Below, one piece after another: positions 17,508-26,792 of a DNA stretch of 32,000 nucleotides. How positions within the stretch are numbered: the stretch's first letter is position 1; the number at the start of each line of letters is the position of its first letter. This DNA is from Deinococcus radiodurans R1 = ATCC 13939 = DSM 20539 (lineage in GTDB: Bacteria; Deinococcota; Deinococci; Deinococcales; Deinococcaceae): the NCBI RefSeq assembly GCF_000008565.1, contig NC_001263.1, forward strand, positions 915,776 through 947,775, read 5' to 3'. Below the pieces are notes generated by a model. It saw nothing but the letters and a program-made list of their open reading frames with translations, was not told the DNA's origin and made no database searches. The translations under genes and the position numbers were made by a program.

Positions 17508-18643
17508 CCTCGCTGCTGGTCGCCCTGATCTGGGCGCTGGCCCTTGCGTTCGTCGCGGCGATGCTGTGGTGGCTCTACCGTCAGCCGCCGGAAGTCACGC
17601 TGACGCGGGAGCTGCCCCGCGCCGGGTTCAGTGGCGGCGAGGTGCCGCTGACCGTGCGGCTGGGCCTGCGCAGTCGCCTGCCGGTGCGCTACGTCCTCGA
17701 AGACCCCACGCCCGGCTCGGTGGTCCCCCGCGCCGCCGTCAACTTTGCGGGGGACGTGCTCGGCGAGCGCCAGAGCGAACACCAGACGCGGGTGATCCTG
17801 GGCCGCCGCGGCGAGTTCGACTGGCCGGGCGCTACCCTGCGCTGGGCCGACCCGCTGGGGCTGTTCTGGCGCTCGCGCCCGCTGCACGAGCCGACCCGCC
17901 TCGAAGTGTTTCCCGGCACCCACGGCCTGCTGCTGCCCGACCTGCTGCGGCCCCTGCTCTCGGAAGGCGGGCTGTCGCGGACGCTGGGCCTTGAAGATGC
18001 CCTCAGCCTGCGCGGGGCGCGGGAGTACGTGAGCGGCGACCCGCCGGGGCGCATCCACTGGCGGCTCTCGGCGCGGCAGGCGGGCGAGCCGGGCGGCGGG
18101 CTGATGGTGCGCGAACTGGAAAGAACGGCGGCGAGCAGCCTGACCGTTTACCTCGACACCTCGGCGGGCAACGACATCTACCTCGAAAGCGCGGTGCGGC
18201 TCGCCAGCAGTCTGATTACCGAGGGGCTGGCGCTGGGGCTGCCTGTTTCGCTGGCGACGGCGGGCGCCCAGACCCCCACCGGACGCGGGGAGGACGCGGC
18301 GCAGGCGGCTCTGCTCGCGCTCGCGCAGGTGCGGCTGACACCGGGGGGAGAGCCCCGTATATTGCCTCCCCGCAGCGGCAGCAACCTCATCATCCTGACC
18401 ATGCTCGGCGGACCGGTCCTCACCGAGCAGGCCATGCGGGCGCGCGCCACCGCCAGCCGCGTGACCATCCTGGCGCTGCCCGAGGGCTTTTACCTGGAGC
18501 CCGGTGAAAACCCGCGCCGCCAGTGGGCCGCCGTGCCCGATACGGTGCGCGACCTGGAGCGGCAGGCGGGGGCGCTGGCCGCGGCCGGCATCCTGGTTTT
18601 CGTGCTGCGCGGCAATCAGAGCGTGTTGCGGTTGGGGGTATAA
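17504..18643 (+). CDS. DUF58 family protein (vWA-like, the usual MoxR partner)
   Basis: N-terminal TM segment, the DUF58 hallmark REYVSGDPPGRIHWRLSAR, and a vWA-like strand LTVYLDTSAG. Confidence 0.9.
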   Translation: MTSLLVALIWALALAFVAAMLWWLYRQPPEVTLTRELPRAGFSGGEVPLTVRLGLRSRLPVRYVLEDPTPGSVVPRAAVNFAGDVLGERQSEHQTRVILGRRGEFDWPGATLRWADPLGLFWRSRPLHEPTRLEVFPGTHGLLLPDLLRPLLSEGGLSRTLGLEDALSLRGAREYVSGDPPGRIHWRLSARQAGEPGGGLMVRELERTAASSLTVYLDTSAGNDIYLESAVRLASSLITEGLALGLPVSLATAGAQTPTGRGEDAAQAALLALAQVRLTPGGEPRILPPRSGSNLIILTMLGGPVLTEQAMRARATASRVTILALPEGFYLEPGENPRRQWAAVPDTVRDLERQAGALAAAGILVFVLRGNQSVLRLGV

Positions 18644-18652
18644 GACGATTTA

Positions 18653-18777
18653 AAATTGAGTCCCGGACATTCCTGGGCGCAGTTTTGCGCGGAGCGCATG
18701 GAAAAAATACGGTTTTAAGGAGATGGACGGGCATCCGGTGCCTTTCCGGATGTTCGGGAATCGGATTAAAACCGTAT
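18653..18777 (+). repeat. Small non-coding repeat, copy 1 (called SNR-A here), uninterrupted
   Basis: 125 bp. The left module is aaattgagtcccggacat...gcgcagttttgcgcggagcgcatggaaa. The right module is a 71-bp palindromic unit with 12-bp terminal inverted repeats, ATACGGTTTTAA (18707..18718) / TTAAAACCGTAT (18766..18777), and an inner hairpin CATCCGG-n7-CCGGATG. It recurs at 19297..19597. Confidence 0.85.
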
Positions 18778-18872
18778 CAGCTCCGTATCAACAGGGCCAG
18801 GGCCTGAAACTGCCCACGGGACATAAAGGCGGGCTCAGCCTGCGGGCGGCTCCGGCTTGCTAGCGTAGGGCC

Positions 18873-19136
18873 ATGAGCGACAACGGAAACAAGCCAGTCA
18901 AGACCGAAGACGAAATCAGCAACGTCGACTTGCAGTTCATGGGCACCCACGACGAGAAGAGCGAACTGGACGCCGCCGTCAAGGCCGAAAGCAAGTCCGC
19001 TGCGATGGCCGACAAGGACGGCGTGGACAAGGTCGACGTGATGAGCGCCCAGAGCATGGACGCCTCCGACCCGCCCAGCACCAACATGGGCGACGCCGAC
19101 CGCGACGACAGCGACGACAAGAGCAGCGTGGGCTGA
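18873..19136 (+). CDS. Small, highly acidic, hydrophilic protein (87 aa), probably intrinsically disordered
   Basis: Deinococcus-like GC3-rich codons throughout. A TAGCGT box (18861..18866) lies 6 nt before the ATG, and a clean terminator lies downstream. The sequence is rich in D/S/K/E with no Cys, Trp or Tyr. I recognise no family. Confidence 0.7.
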   Translation: MSDNGNKPVKTEDEISNVDLQFMGTHDEKSELDAAVKAESKSAAMADKDGVDKVDVMSAQSMDASDPPSTNMGDADRDDSDDKSSVG

Positions 19137-19154
19137 GGCCACACGGCTTTCCAG

Positions 19155-19187
19155 GGCAGACCGGCAATAAGCTGGTCTGCCTTTTTC
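19155..19187 (+). terminator. Intrinsic terminator of the acidic small ORF
   Basis: Stem GGCAGACC (19155..19162) / GGTCTGCC (19174..19181), followed by T5 (19182..19186). Confidence 0.75.
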
Positions 19188-19296
19188 GGTGCCCCGCAGT
19201 GTTCACTCGGGGCGGTATTGCCCGCTCAGCTCCGTATGAGACCCTCTCCCGCGAGACCGTTGACCCTGGGAGGAGGCAGAGCTGTGATACGGCTTC

Positions 19297-19597
19297 AAAT
19301 TGAGTCCCGGACATGTCGGGGCGCAATTTTGCGCGGAGCGCATAGAAACAATGGTTCGTGCAGTTTTGTGGTCGTTACAGAGGGCGATCAAGATCTTGCT
19401 GTCTAGGACGCCATTTGCGCTCCCCCATCCCAACCTCCCCCGCAAGGAGGGAGGGACAAAAAACGCCGTGTTTATCGCAGCTTGGTTAGCTGAATTCCAA
19501 AACTGCACGGACTATTGATAGAAAAAATACGGTTTTAAGGAGATGGACGGGCATCCGGCGCCTTTCCGGATGTTCGGGAATCGGATTAAAACCGTAT
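19297..19597 (+). repeat. SNR-A copy 2, split by a nested 169-bp insertion
   Basis: 19297..19348 matches copy 1 at 47 of 52 positions by hand. 19525..19597 matches at 72 of 73. The two halves are separated by the element at 19349..19517 plus a duplicated ATAGAAA. Confidence 0.85.
19349..19517 (+). mobile_element. MITE-like non-autonomous element nested in SNR-A copy 2
   Basis: 169 bp. Terminal inverted repeats are CAATGGTTCGTGCAGTTTTG (19349..) and CAAAACTGCACGGACTATTG (..19517), matching at 18 of 20. It is flanked by a perfect 7-bp direct repeat ATAGAAA (19342..19348 and 19518..19524). The uninterrupted paralogous site in copy 1 reads ATGGAAA once (18698..18704). No ORF. An internal CCTCCC...GGGAGG hairpin is present. 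Confidence 0.8.
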
Positions 19598-19657
19598 GAG
19601 GCACGGAGGGGCGGCCCCGTCCAGTCAAGCCCGAACGTCACCTCCCCCCCGAACCCC

Positions 19658-20836
19658 TCAGCGCCGCGCCTGCCTCAGCGCCTGCTCGATGTCCGCCCAG
19701 AGGTCTTCGGGGTCCTCAATCCCCACCGACAACCGCACCAGCCCCGGCACGATGCCGTGCGCGTTCAGCACTTCCTCGCCGAGCAGTTGGTGGGTGGTGC
19801 TCGCCGGGTGGCTGCTCAGGCTCTCCACGTCGCCGAGGCTGACCGCCTGCGTAAAGAGCTGTAGCGCGTCCAGAAACTGCTGCGCGGCCGCAAAATCCCC
19901 GAGATCCAGGCTGACGATGCCGCCGAAGCGCCCCGACATTTGCCGCCGGGCGAGGTCGTGGCCGGGGTGCTCAGGCAAGCCGGGGTAGTACACCTTCAGG
20001 TCGCCCCGCGCCGCCAATCGCTCGGCGATAAGGTGCGCCCCCGCGCAGTGGGCCTCCATCCGCAGCGGCAACGTCTTCATGCCGCGCAGCAACAGGTACG
20101 CCTCGAACGGCCCGAGGCTGGCCCCGACATGCCGCAGCCCGTGCAACCGCAGGTCGAGCAGGGTGGCGGCGTCCCCGGCGACTACGCCCCCAATCACGTC
20201 GCCGTGCCCACCGAGGTACTTGGTGGCCGAGTGCATCACGAGGTCGGCCCCGAACTCAGCAGGCCGCGTCAGGTACGGGGTGCTGAAGGTGTTGTCCACC
20301 ACCAGCCGCGCCCCGGCGCCGTGGGCGAGGTCGGCCACTTCGCGCAGGTCGGTCAGGCGCAGGGTGGGGTTGCTCGGCGTTTCCAGCCACACCAGCCGCG
20401 TCCGGTCGGTCAGCCGCCCGCGCAGGTCCGCCGGGTCTTTGGCCTCCCACACCCGGATGCCGAACTTGGGCAGCATGTCTTGCAGCAGCCCCTCGGTGCC
20501 GCCGTACAGCGGGGCGAGAAAAGCCACCTCATCGCCGCTCCGCAGCAGCGTCAACAAAATGGCGCTCGCTGCTCCCATGCCGCTGGCAAAGGCGAGGGCG
20601 TCCTCTGTTCCTTCCAGGCTGGCGAGCTTTTCCTCGAAGGCCCGCACGGTGGGGTTGCTCAGGCGCGAATAGAAGTGGCCCTGTTCCTCTCCGGCAAAGA
20701 GCCGCTGCCCGCGCGCCGCGTCGCCATACCCGAAGGTGGACGTGGCATAGATCGGCATGGCGTGCGCCCCGGTCGCCGGGTCGAGACCATGCCCGGCGTG
20801 AACGGCCCGCGTGCGGAAACGTGCTGAGTTGTCCAT
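19658..20836 (-). CDS. PLP-dependent Cys/Met-metabolism enzyme (cystathionine gamma-synthase / beta-lyase / methionine gamma-lyase family)
   Basis: 392 aa. It has the PLP-lysine motif HSATKYLGGHGDVIGG and family-wide conservation (YSRLSNPT, LETPSNP, VVDNTF). The exact activity cannot be assigned from sequence alone. Confidence 0.9.
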   Translation of the reverse strand: MDNSARFRTRAVHAGHGLDPATGAHAMPIYATSTFGYGDAARGQRLFAGEEQGHFYSRLSNPTVRAFEEKLASLEGTEDALAFASGMGAASAILLTLLRSGDEVAFLAPLYGGTEGLLQDMLPKFGIRVWEAKDPADLRGRLTDRTRLVWLETPSNPTLRLTDLREVADLAHGAGARLVVDNTFSTPYLTRPAEFGADLVMHSATKYLGGHGDVIGGVVAGDAATLLDLRLHGLRHVGASLGPFEAYLLLRGMKTLPLRMEAHCAGAHLIAERLAARGDLKVYYPGLPEHPGHDLARRQMSGRFGGIVSLDLGDFAAAQQFLDALQLFTQAVSLGDVESLSSHPASTTHQLLGEEVLNAHGIVPGLVRLSVGIEDPEDLWADIEQALRQARR

Positions 20837-20924
20837 ACGTCTCTAGAATAAGCGACAAAACAAACGATTGTTAGGCGCGTCCGGGAATGAATGCCGGGAT
20901 GAACGGCCAGCGAGAGGACCGAAG

Positions 20925-20948
20925 AAAAAAGCCGCCCGGCAGGACGAC
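20925..20948 (-). terminator. Candidate intrinsic terminator of the tRNA-His/tRNA-Leu unit (minus strand only)
   Basis: The minus-strand RNA reads GUCGUCC-UGCC-GGGCGGC, a 7-bp stem including two G-U pairs, followed by U6. Confidence 0.5.
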
Positions 20949-20951
20949 CTT

Positions 20952-20973
20952 TTTCTATCTTGTTTCTATCTTG
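20952..20973. repeat. Perfect 11-bp tandem duplication abutting the tRNA-Leu 3' end
   Basis: TTTCTATCTTG at 20952..20962 and again at 20963..20973 (minus strand CAAGATAGAAA x2). It lies one nucleotide from the encoded CCA of tRNA-Leu. Confidence 0.9.
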
Positions 20974-20974
20974 C

Positions 20975-21060
20975 TGGTGCGAGAGAAGGGACTTGAACCC
21001 TCACATCCTACGGATACTAGATCCTAAGTCTAGTGCGTCTACCAATTCCGCCACCCTCGC
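20975..21060 (-). tRNA. tRNA-Leu (anticodon UAG)
   Basis: Minus strand GCGAGGGTGGCGGAATTGGTAGACGCACTAGACTTAGGATCTAGT...GAGGGTTCAAGTCCCTTCTCTCGCACCA. It has a 7-bp acceptor stem, anticodon loop CTTAGGA, a long variable arm, a TTCAAGT T-loop and an encoded CCA. Confidence 0.95.
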
Positions 21061-21076
21061 ATGGGTGCCTGAACGG

Positions 21077-21104
21077 AAAAACCCCGCCGTGTTAAGAGGC
21101 GGGG
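21077..21104 (-). terminator. Terminator-like hairpin plus U-run between tRNA-His and tRNA-Leu
   Basis: Minus strand CCCCGCC-tcttaacac-GGCGGGG followed by T5. It lies 5 nt after the tRNA-His CCA and 16 nt before tRNA-Leu. Confidence 0.45.
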
Positions 21105-21109
21105 CGAGG

Positions 21110-21187
<78 letters not shown>

Positions 21188-21207
21188 ATGCCCGTTCAGG
21201 CTCAAGC

Positions 21208-21236
21208 AGTGTAGGGGAGAGGACCGAATGTGTCAA
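21208..21236 (-). promoter_or_regulatory. Sigma-A promoter of the tRNA-His/tRNA-Leu unit
   Basis: Minus strand TTGACA (21236..21231), a 17-nt spacer, then TACACT (21213..21208). The predicted start is about 14 nt upstream of the tRNA-His 5' end. Confidence 0.7.
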
Positions 21237-21362
21237 CGGCCCAGGTTGGGCTCAGCGGCTCGCGTTCAGCCGAGCGGCAAATTTTATACCGAGTCAAGAC
21301 AACCCCCAGTGCTCAGTCAAGTGCCGGTGCGGGCCGAGTGCGCGGCGTACCCTGGCGGCACA

Positions 21363-22508
<1,146 letters not shown>

Positions 22509-22544
22509 GGATGAGGGAGGACGGGCAGCCGGGAGACGGGCCGC

Positions 22545-22829
22545 TCAGTCCTCCTGGACCTGCACTCCTTTCCAGAAGGCGACCCGCCCGCGAATCTGCC
22601 GGGCGGCGTCTTTCGGTTCGGGGTAAAACCACGCGGCGTCAGGGTTGCGCTCGCCTCCGACCTCCAGGGTGGAGTAGCTCGCCGTGCCCTTCCAGGGGCA
22701 GACGGTGTGGGTGTCACTGGGGCGCAGAAACTCCTGGCGCACGCTTTCCAATGGAAAATAGTGGTTGCCTTCCACGACCACGGTGTCACTGCTGCGGGCG
22801 ATGATCTGACCGTTCCAGGTGGCTTTCAT
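22545..22829 (-). CDS. DUF427 domain protein
   Basis: 94 aa. ...VEGNHYFP...CPWKGTASYSTLEV...NPDAAWFYPEP...AFW is the DUF427 pattern. A TACTCT box lies 6 nt before the ATG. Confidence 0.85.
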   Translation of the reverse strand: MKATWNGQIIARSSDTVVVEGNHYFPLESVRQEFLRPSDTHTVCPWKGTASYSTLEVGGERNPDAAWFYPEPKDAARQIRGRVAFWKGVQVQED

Positions 22830-22869
22830 GCCTTCAGAGTAGTGCGAAATACGGCTCCCTGAACTGCGG

Positions 22870-22887
22870 CTGACATTTCCCTGACAT
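22870..22887 (+). promoter_or_regulatory. Pho-box-like direct repeat upstream of the DUF47-PiT operon
   Basis: CTGACAT (22870..22876), ttcc, CTGACAT (22881..22887): two perfect 7-mers with an 11-bp period, 27 nt upstream of the DUF47 ATG. Confidence 0.4.
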
Positions 22888-22913
22888 AGTAGGTGAGAAT
22901 CAGGAGGATTGTC

Positions 22914-23552
<639 letters not shown>

Positions 23553-23576
23553 GGGACAGAGGAGACCAGAGCCAGC

Positions 23577-24578
<1,002 letters not shown>

Positions 24579-24599
24579 GCGCCTAGCAAGCAGAAAGAG

Positions 24600-24634
24600 A
24601 GGCCCCGGCATGTGCGCTGGGGCCTTTGCTTTGG
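24600..24634 (+). terminator. Candidate terminator of the DUF47-PiT operon
   Basis: Stem AGGCCCC (24600..24606) / GGGGCCT (24619..24625), a 12-nt loop, then TTGCTTTGG. Confidence 0.55.
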
Positions 24635-24658
24635 ATGATACAAGGGCGTTTTGCGTTT

Positions 24659-24723
24659 TTGACCCTCTCCACCTGTGGGAGAGGGCCTTGCGAAGCAAGG
24701 GGTGAGGGGGAACCCAGACCAGT
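24659..24723 (+). repeat. Small non-coding repeat, copy 1 (called SNR-B here)
   Basis: 65 bp: ttgaCCCTCTCC-n6-gGGAGAGGG CCTTGC-gaa-GCAAGG ggtgaggggg...agaccagt. Two adjacent hairpins. It matches 27814..27878 at 58 of 65 positions by hand. Confidence 0.85.
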
Positions 24724-24759
24724 TCTGAGGCAACCTCATTCCATATTCCATCAAATGCT

Positions 24760-26019
24760 CTAGTTCCTGAAAATCACTTCCTCCCGCCCGAAAGACCGCC
24801 ACGCCAGCCAGCCGAGCAGCGCGGTGCCAAGCAGGTTGGCGACGACAGCGGCGAGCGTGTGCAGGGGCGTGATCTGGCCCTTCACCACGTCCAGAATGGC
24901 GACCATGCTGCCGAAAAGGGGAACGGCGTAGAGCCAGTCGCCCACCTTGAGAAAGTCGGAAAACTGGAGCATGACCGCCGGCAGGACGATCAGCAGCGAG
25001 AGCGGCGAGACGTAGGTCTGCGCTTCCTTGTACGAGCGGGCGTAGATGCTCAGGGCGATCAGGACCGCCGAGATCAGCAGCGCCACGCTCAGCACGATGA
25101 CCACCATCGCCGCCAATGAGCCGAGGGTCAGCGTGAGTTGCCCGCCCATCACCTGAAGGGCCTCGGGGTCCACCACAGCGCGTTTGGAGAGGACCGCCGT
25201 CACCAGCCCGGTGCCGAGGAACCCCAGCAGGCTGAAGAATCCGGTGGCGAGCGCCATCAGCGTGGTCGCCAGCAGCTTGCCCGCCACCACCTCGCCCCGG
25301 CGCACCGGGGAGATGAGCAGGCTCTCTAAGGTGCCGCGCTCCTTTTCGCCCGCCGTGGAGTCCAGCGCCGTCGCCATGCCGCCGTTGAGCAGGAAACTCA
25401 GCATCAGCATCGGCACCACGAAGGCGAGCATCCCCGCGCTGCGCTCCTGCGGGGGGCTGGCGTCCACGGGTTTGACCTGCACCGGGGTCAGCACTGTTTC
25501 GCTCAGGCCCAGTGCGGTCAGGCGCTGCCGGGTGAGCGAGCGGTTGTAGGTGTCCACCGCGTCCTTGACCTTGGCGTAGGCCCCGGTCTGGCTCTTGAGG
25601 TTGCCGAGCTTGGCGTAGAGCTCCAGCGTGCCCTGCGTGTTGCCGGCCTGCGTCGGCAGGGGGCTGGGCGCCCGGAGGACGGCCTCCGCCTCGCCGCTGC
25701 GGACCGCCTGCACCGGGTCTTTCACCGTAATGAGTTCCACGCCCGTGCCGCCGCTTCCATTGCGGGTCAGCGTGCGGCGCAGTTCTGCGGGCAGCGTGCC
25801 GATGACGCCGACCTTCTGAGCTTCCTTCGCCTGTCCGCCCATCAGGTTGCCCAGCAGCAGCGGCATCCCCAGCGTAAGCAGCGGCAGCACCAGCAGCGGC
25901 AGCAAAATGGTGCTCAGCAGCGTGCGGCGGTCGCGCAGGGTAGAGAGCAGGTCGCGCCAGGCCACGTTCCAGACCATGCGGGGGCGTAGGCCGTTGCTGC
26001 TGCGGTGGTCAGACTGCAC
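24760..26019 (-). CDS. ABC-2 type transporter permease (NatB-like)
   Basis: 419 aa. It has an N-terminal TM, a large extracytoplasmic loop and a C-terminal cluster of about five TM segments. It overlaps the upstream ATPase gene by 11 nt. Confidence 0.85.
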   Translation of the reverse strand: MQSDHRSSNGLRPRMVWNVAWRDLLSTLRDRRTLLSTILLPLLVLPLLTLGMPLLLGNLMGGQAKEAQKVGVIGTLPAELRRTLTRNGSGGTGVELITVKDPVQAVRSGEAEAVLRAPSPLPTQAGNTQGTLELYAKLGNLKSQTGAYAKVKDAVDTYNRSLTRQRLTALGLSETVLTPVQVKPVDASPPQERSAGMLAFVVPMLMLSFLLNGGMATALDSTAGEKERGTLESLLISPVRRGEVVAGKLLATTLMALATGFFSLLGFLGTGLVTAVLSKRAVVDPEALQVMGGQLTLTLGSLAAMVVIVLSVALLISAVLIALSIYARSYKEAQTYVSPLSLLIVLPAVMLQFSDFLKVGDWLYAVPLFGSMVAILDVVKGQITPLHTLAAVVANLLGTALLGWLAWRSFGREEVIFRN

Positions 26020-26743
26020 GGGGCTCGCCTCCCTTCAGCAGCGTGAAGAAGGCCCGTTCCAGGTTGCGCTCGCCGGTCCGCTCCAGAATCGCGGGAATGG
26101 TGTCGAGCGCGACGAGTTCGCCCTGGTGGAGAATTGCCACCCGGTCGCAGACTTCCTCGGCCTCGCTCATCACGTGGGTGGAATACAGCGTGAGCCGCCC
26201 CGGAGCGCGGGTCTGCGCCACGAAGTCGAGCAGCGTGCGCCGGGCGAAGATGTCGAGTCCACTCGCCGCTTCATCCAGCACCAGCACGGCGGGGTCCTGA
26301 ATCACGGCGCGGGCGATGATGACTTTTTGCTTCATGCCGGTGGAATACTCGCCGGCCCGCGTGTCCAGCGTGCGCCCGAGTTCCAGCCGGTCGTCGAGTT
26401 CGGCAATGCGGGCCTCGGTCTGCGCGCGGCCCATGTCGTAGAGCGCGGCGAACGAGCGCAGCACCTCGCGCCCGGTCAGGCGGGCAGGCAGGCCCATGCC
26501 GCCGTTGACCACGCCGATTTGCCGGCGCACCGCTTCGGCGTCCCGCTGGGTGTCGAGCCCGGCCACCGTCACGCTGCCGGACGTGGGGGAGAGCAGCGTC
26601 GCCAGAATACGCAGCAGCGTGGTTTTGCCCGCGCCGTTGGGACCGAGCAGCCCGAACACTTCGCCGTCGCGGGCCGAGAACGTCACGTCCCGTAGCGCCT
26701 GAAAGGAGCCGTAGGACTTGGAAAGGTGCTGAATGTCGAGCAT
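26009..26743 (-). CDS. ABC transporter ATP-binding protein (NatA-like)
   Basis: Walker [10 protein letters not shown], signature YSTGMKQK, Walker B LVLDEA, H-loop STHVM. Confidence 0.93.
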   Translation of the reverse strand: MLDIQHLSKSYGSFQALRDVTFSARDGEVFGLLGPNGAGKTTLLRILATLLSPTSGSVTVAGLDTQRDAEAVRRQIGVVNGGMGLPARLTGREVLRSFAALYDMGRAQTEARIAELDDRLELGRTLDTRAGEYSTGMKQKVIIARAVIQDPAVLVLDEAASGLDIFARRTLLDFVAQTRAPGRLTLYSTHVMSEAEEVCDRVAILHQGELVALDTIPAILERTGERNLERAFFTLLKGGEPRAV

Positions 26744-26765
26744 AGGACGACCTTATAGAGTATTT

Positions 26766-26792
26766 GACAAAAAGGTGTCACAACTTTTTGTC
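26766..26792. promoter_or_regulatory. Perfect 9-bp inverted repeat in the divergent natA / endonuclease III control region
   Basis: GACAAAAAG (26766..26774), 9 nt, CTTTTTGTC (26784..26792). It overlaps a TTGACA hexamer (26764..26769) and lies 23 nt from the natA ATG. Confidence 0.4.

Noticed and set aside
18811-18827. ACATAA, resembling the right half of the Deinococcus radiation/desiccation response motif, upstream of the acidic ORF.
   Set aside because: The left half (TTATGT or similar) is absent at the required 17-bp spacing, so there is no palindrome.
19203-19518. Three short ORFs (19203..19508 minus, 19218..19406 plus, 19300..19518 plus) in the repeat mosaic.
   Set aside because: They lie entirely within repeat/MITE sequence, overlap each other, and have atypical codon usage and no start signals.
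20837-20924. A possible SAM riboswitch or T-box in front of the trans-sulfuration PLP enzyme gene.
   Set aside because: Only about 85 nt are available. The sequence (ggtcctctcgctggccgttcatcccggcattcattcccgg...) has superficial resemblance to part of a SAM-I core but lacks the paired P1-P4 arrangement. A TATTCT box 8 nt from the ATG indicates a leaderless transcript.
21228-21362. A 45-codon N-terminal extension of the acyl-CoA dehydrogenase.
   Set aside because: It would start inside the -35 box of the divergent tRNA promoter. ACAD homology begins at MDFNLPDD (ATG 21363).
22509-22554. GGAGGAC...GTCCTCC (7-bp arms, about 27-nt loop) between the convergent acyl-CoA dehydrogenase and DUF427 genes, considered as a possible terminator.
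   Set aside because: The loop is too large, there is no U-run on either strand, and the 3' arm lies inside the DUF427 coding sequence.
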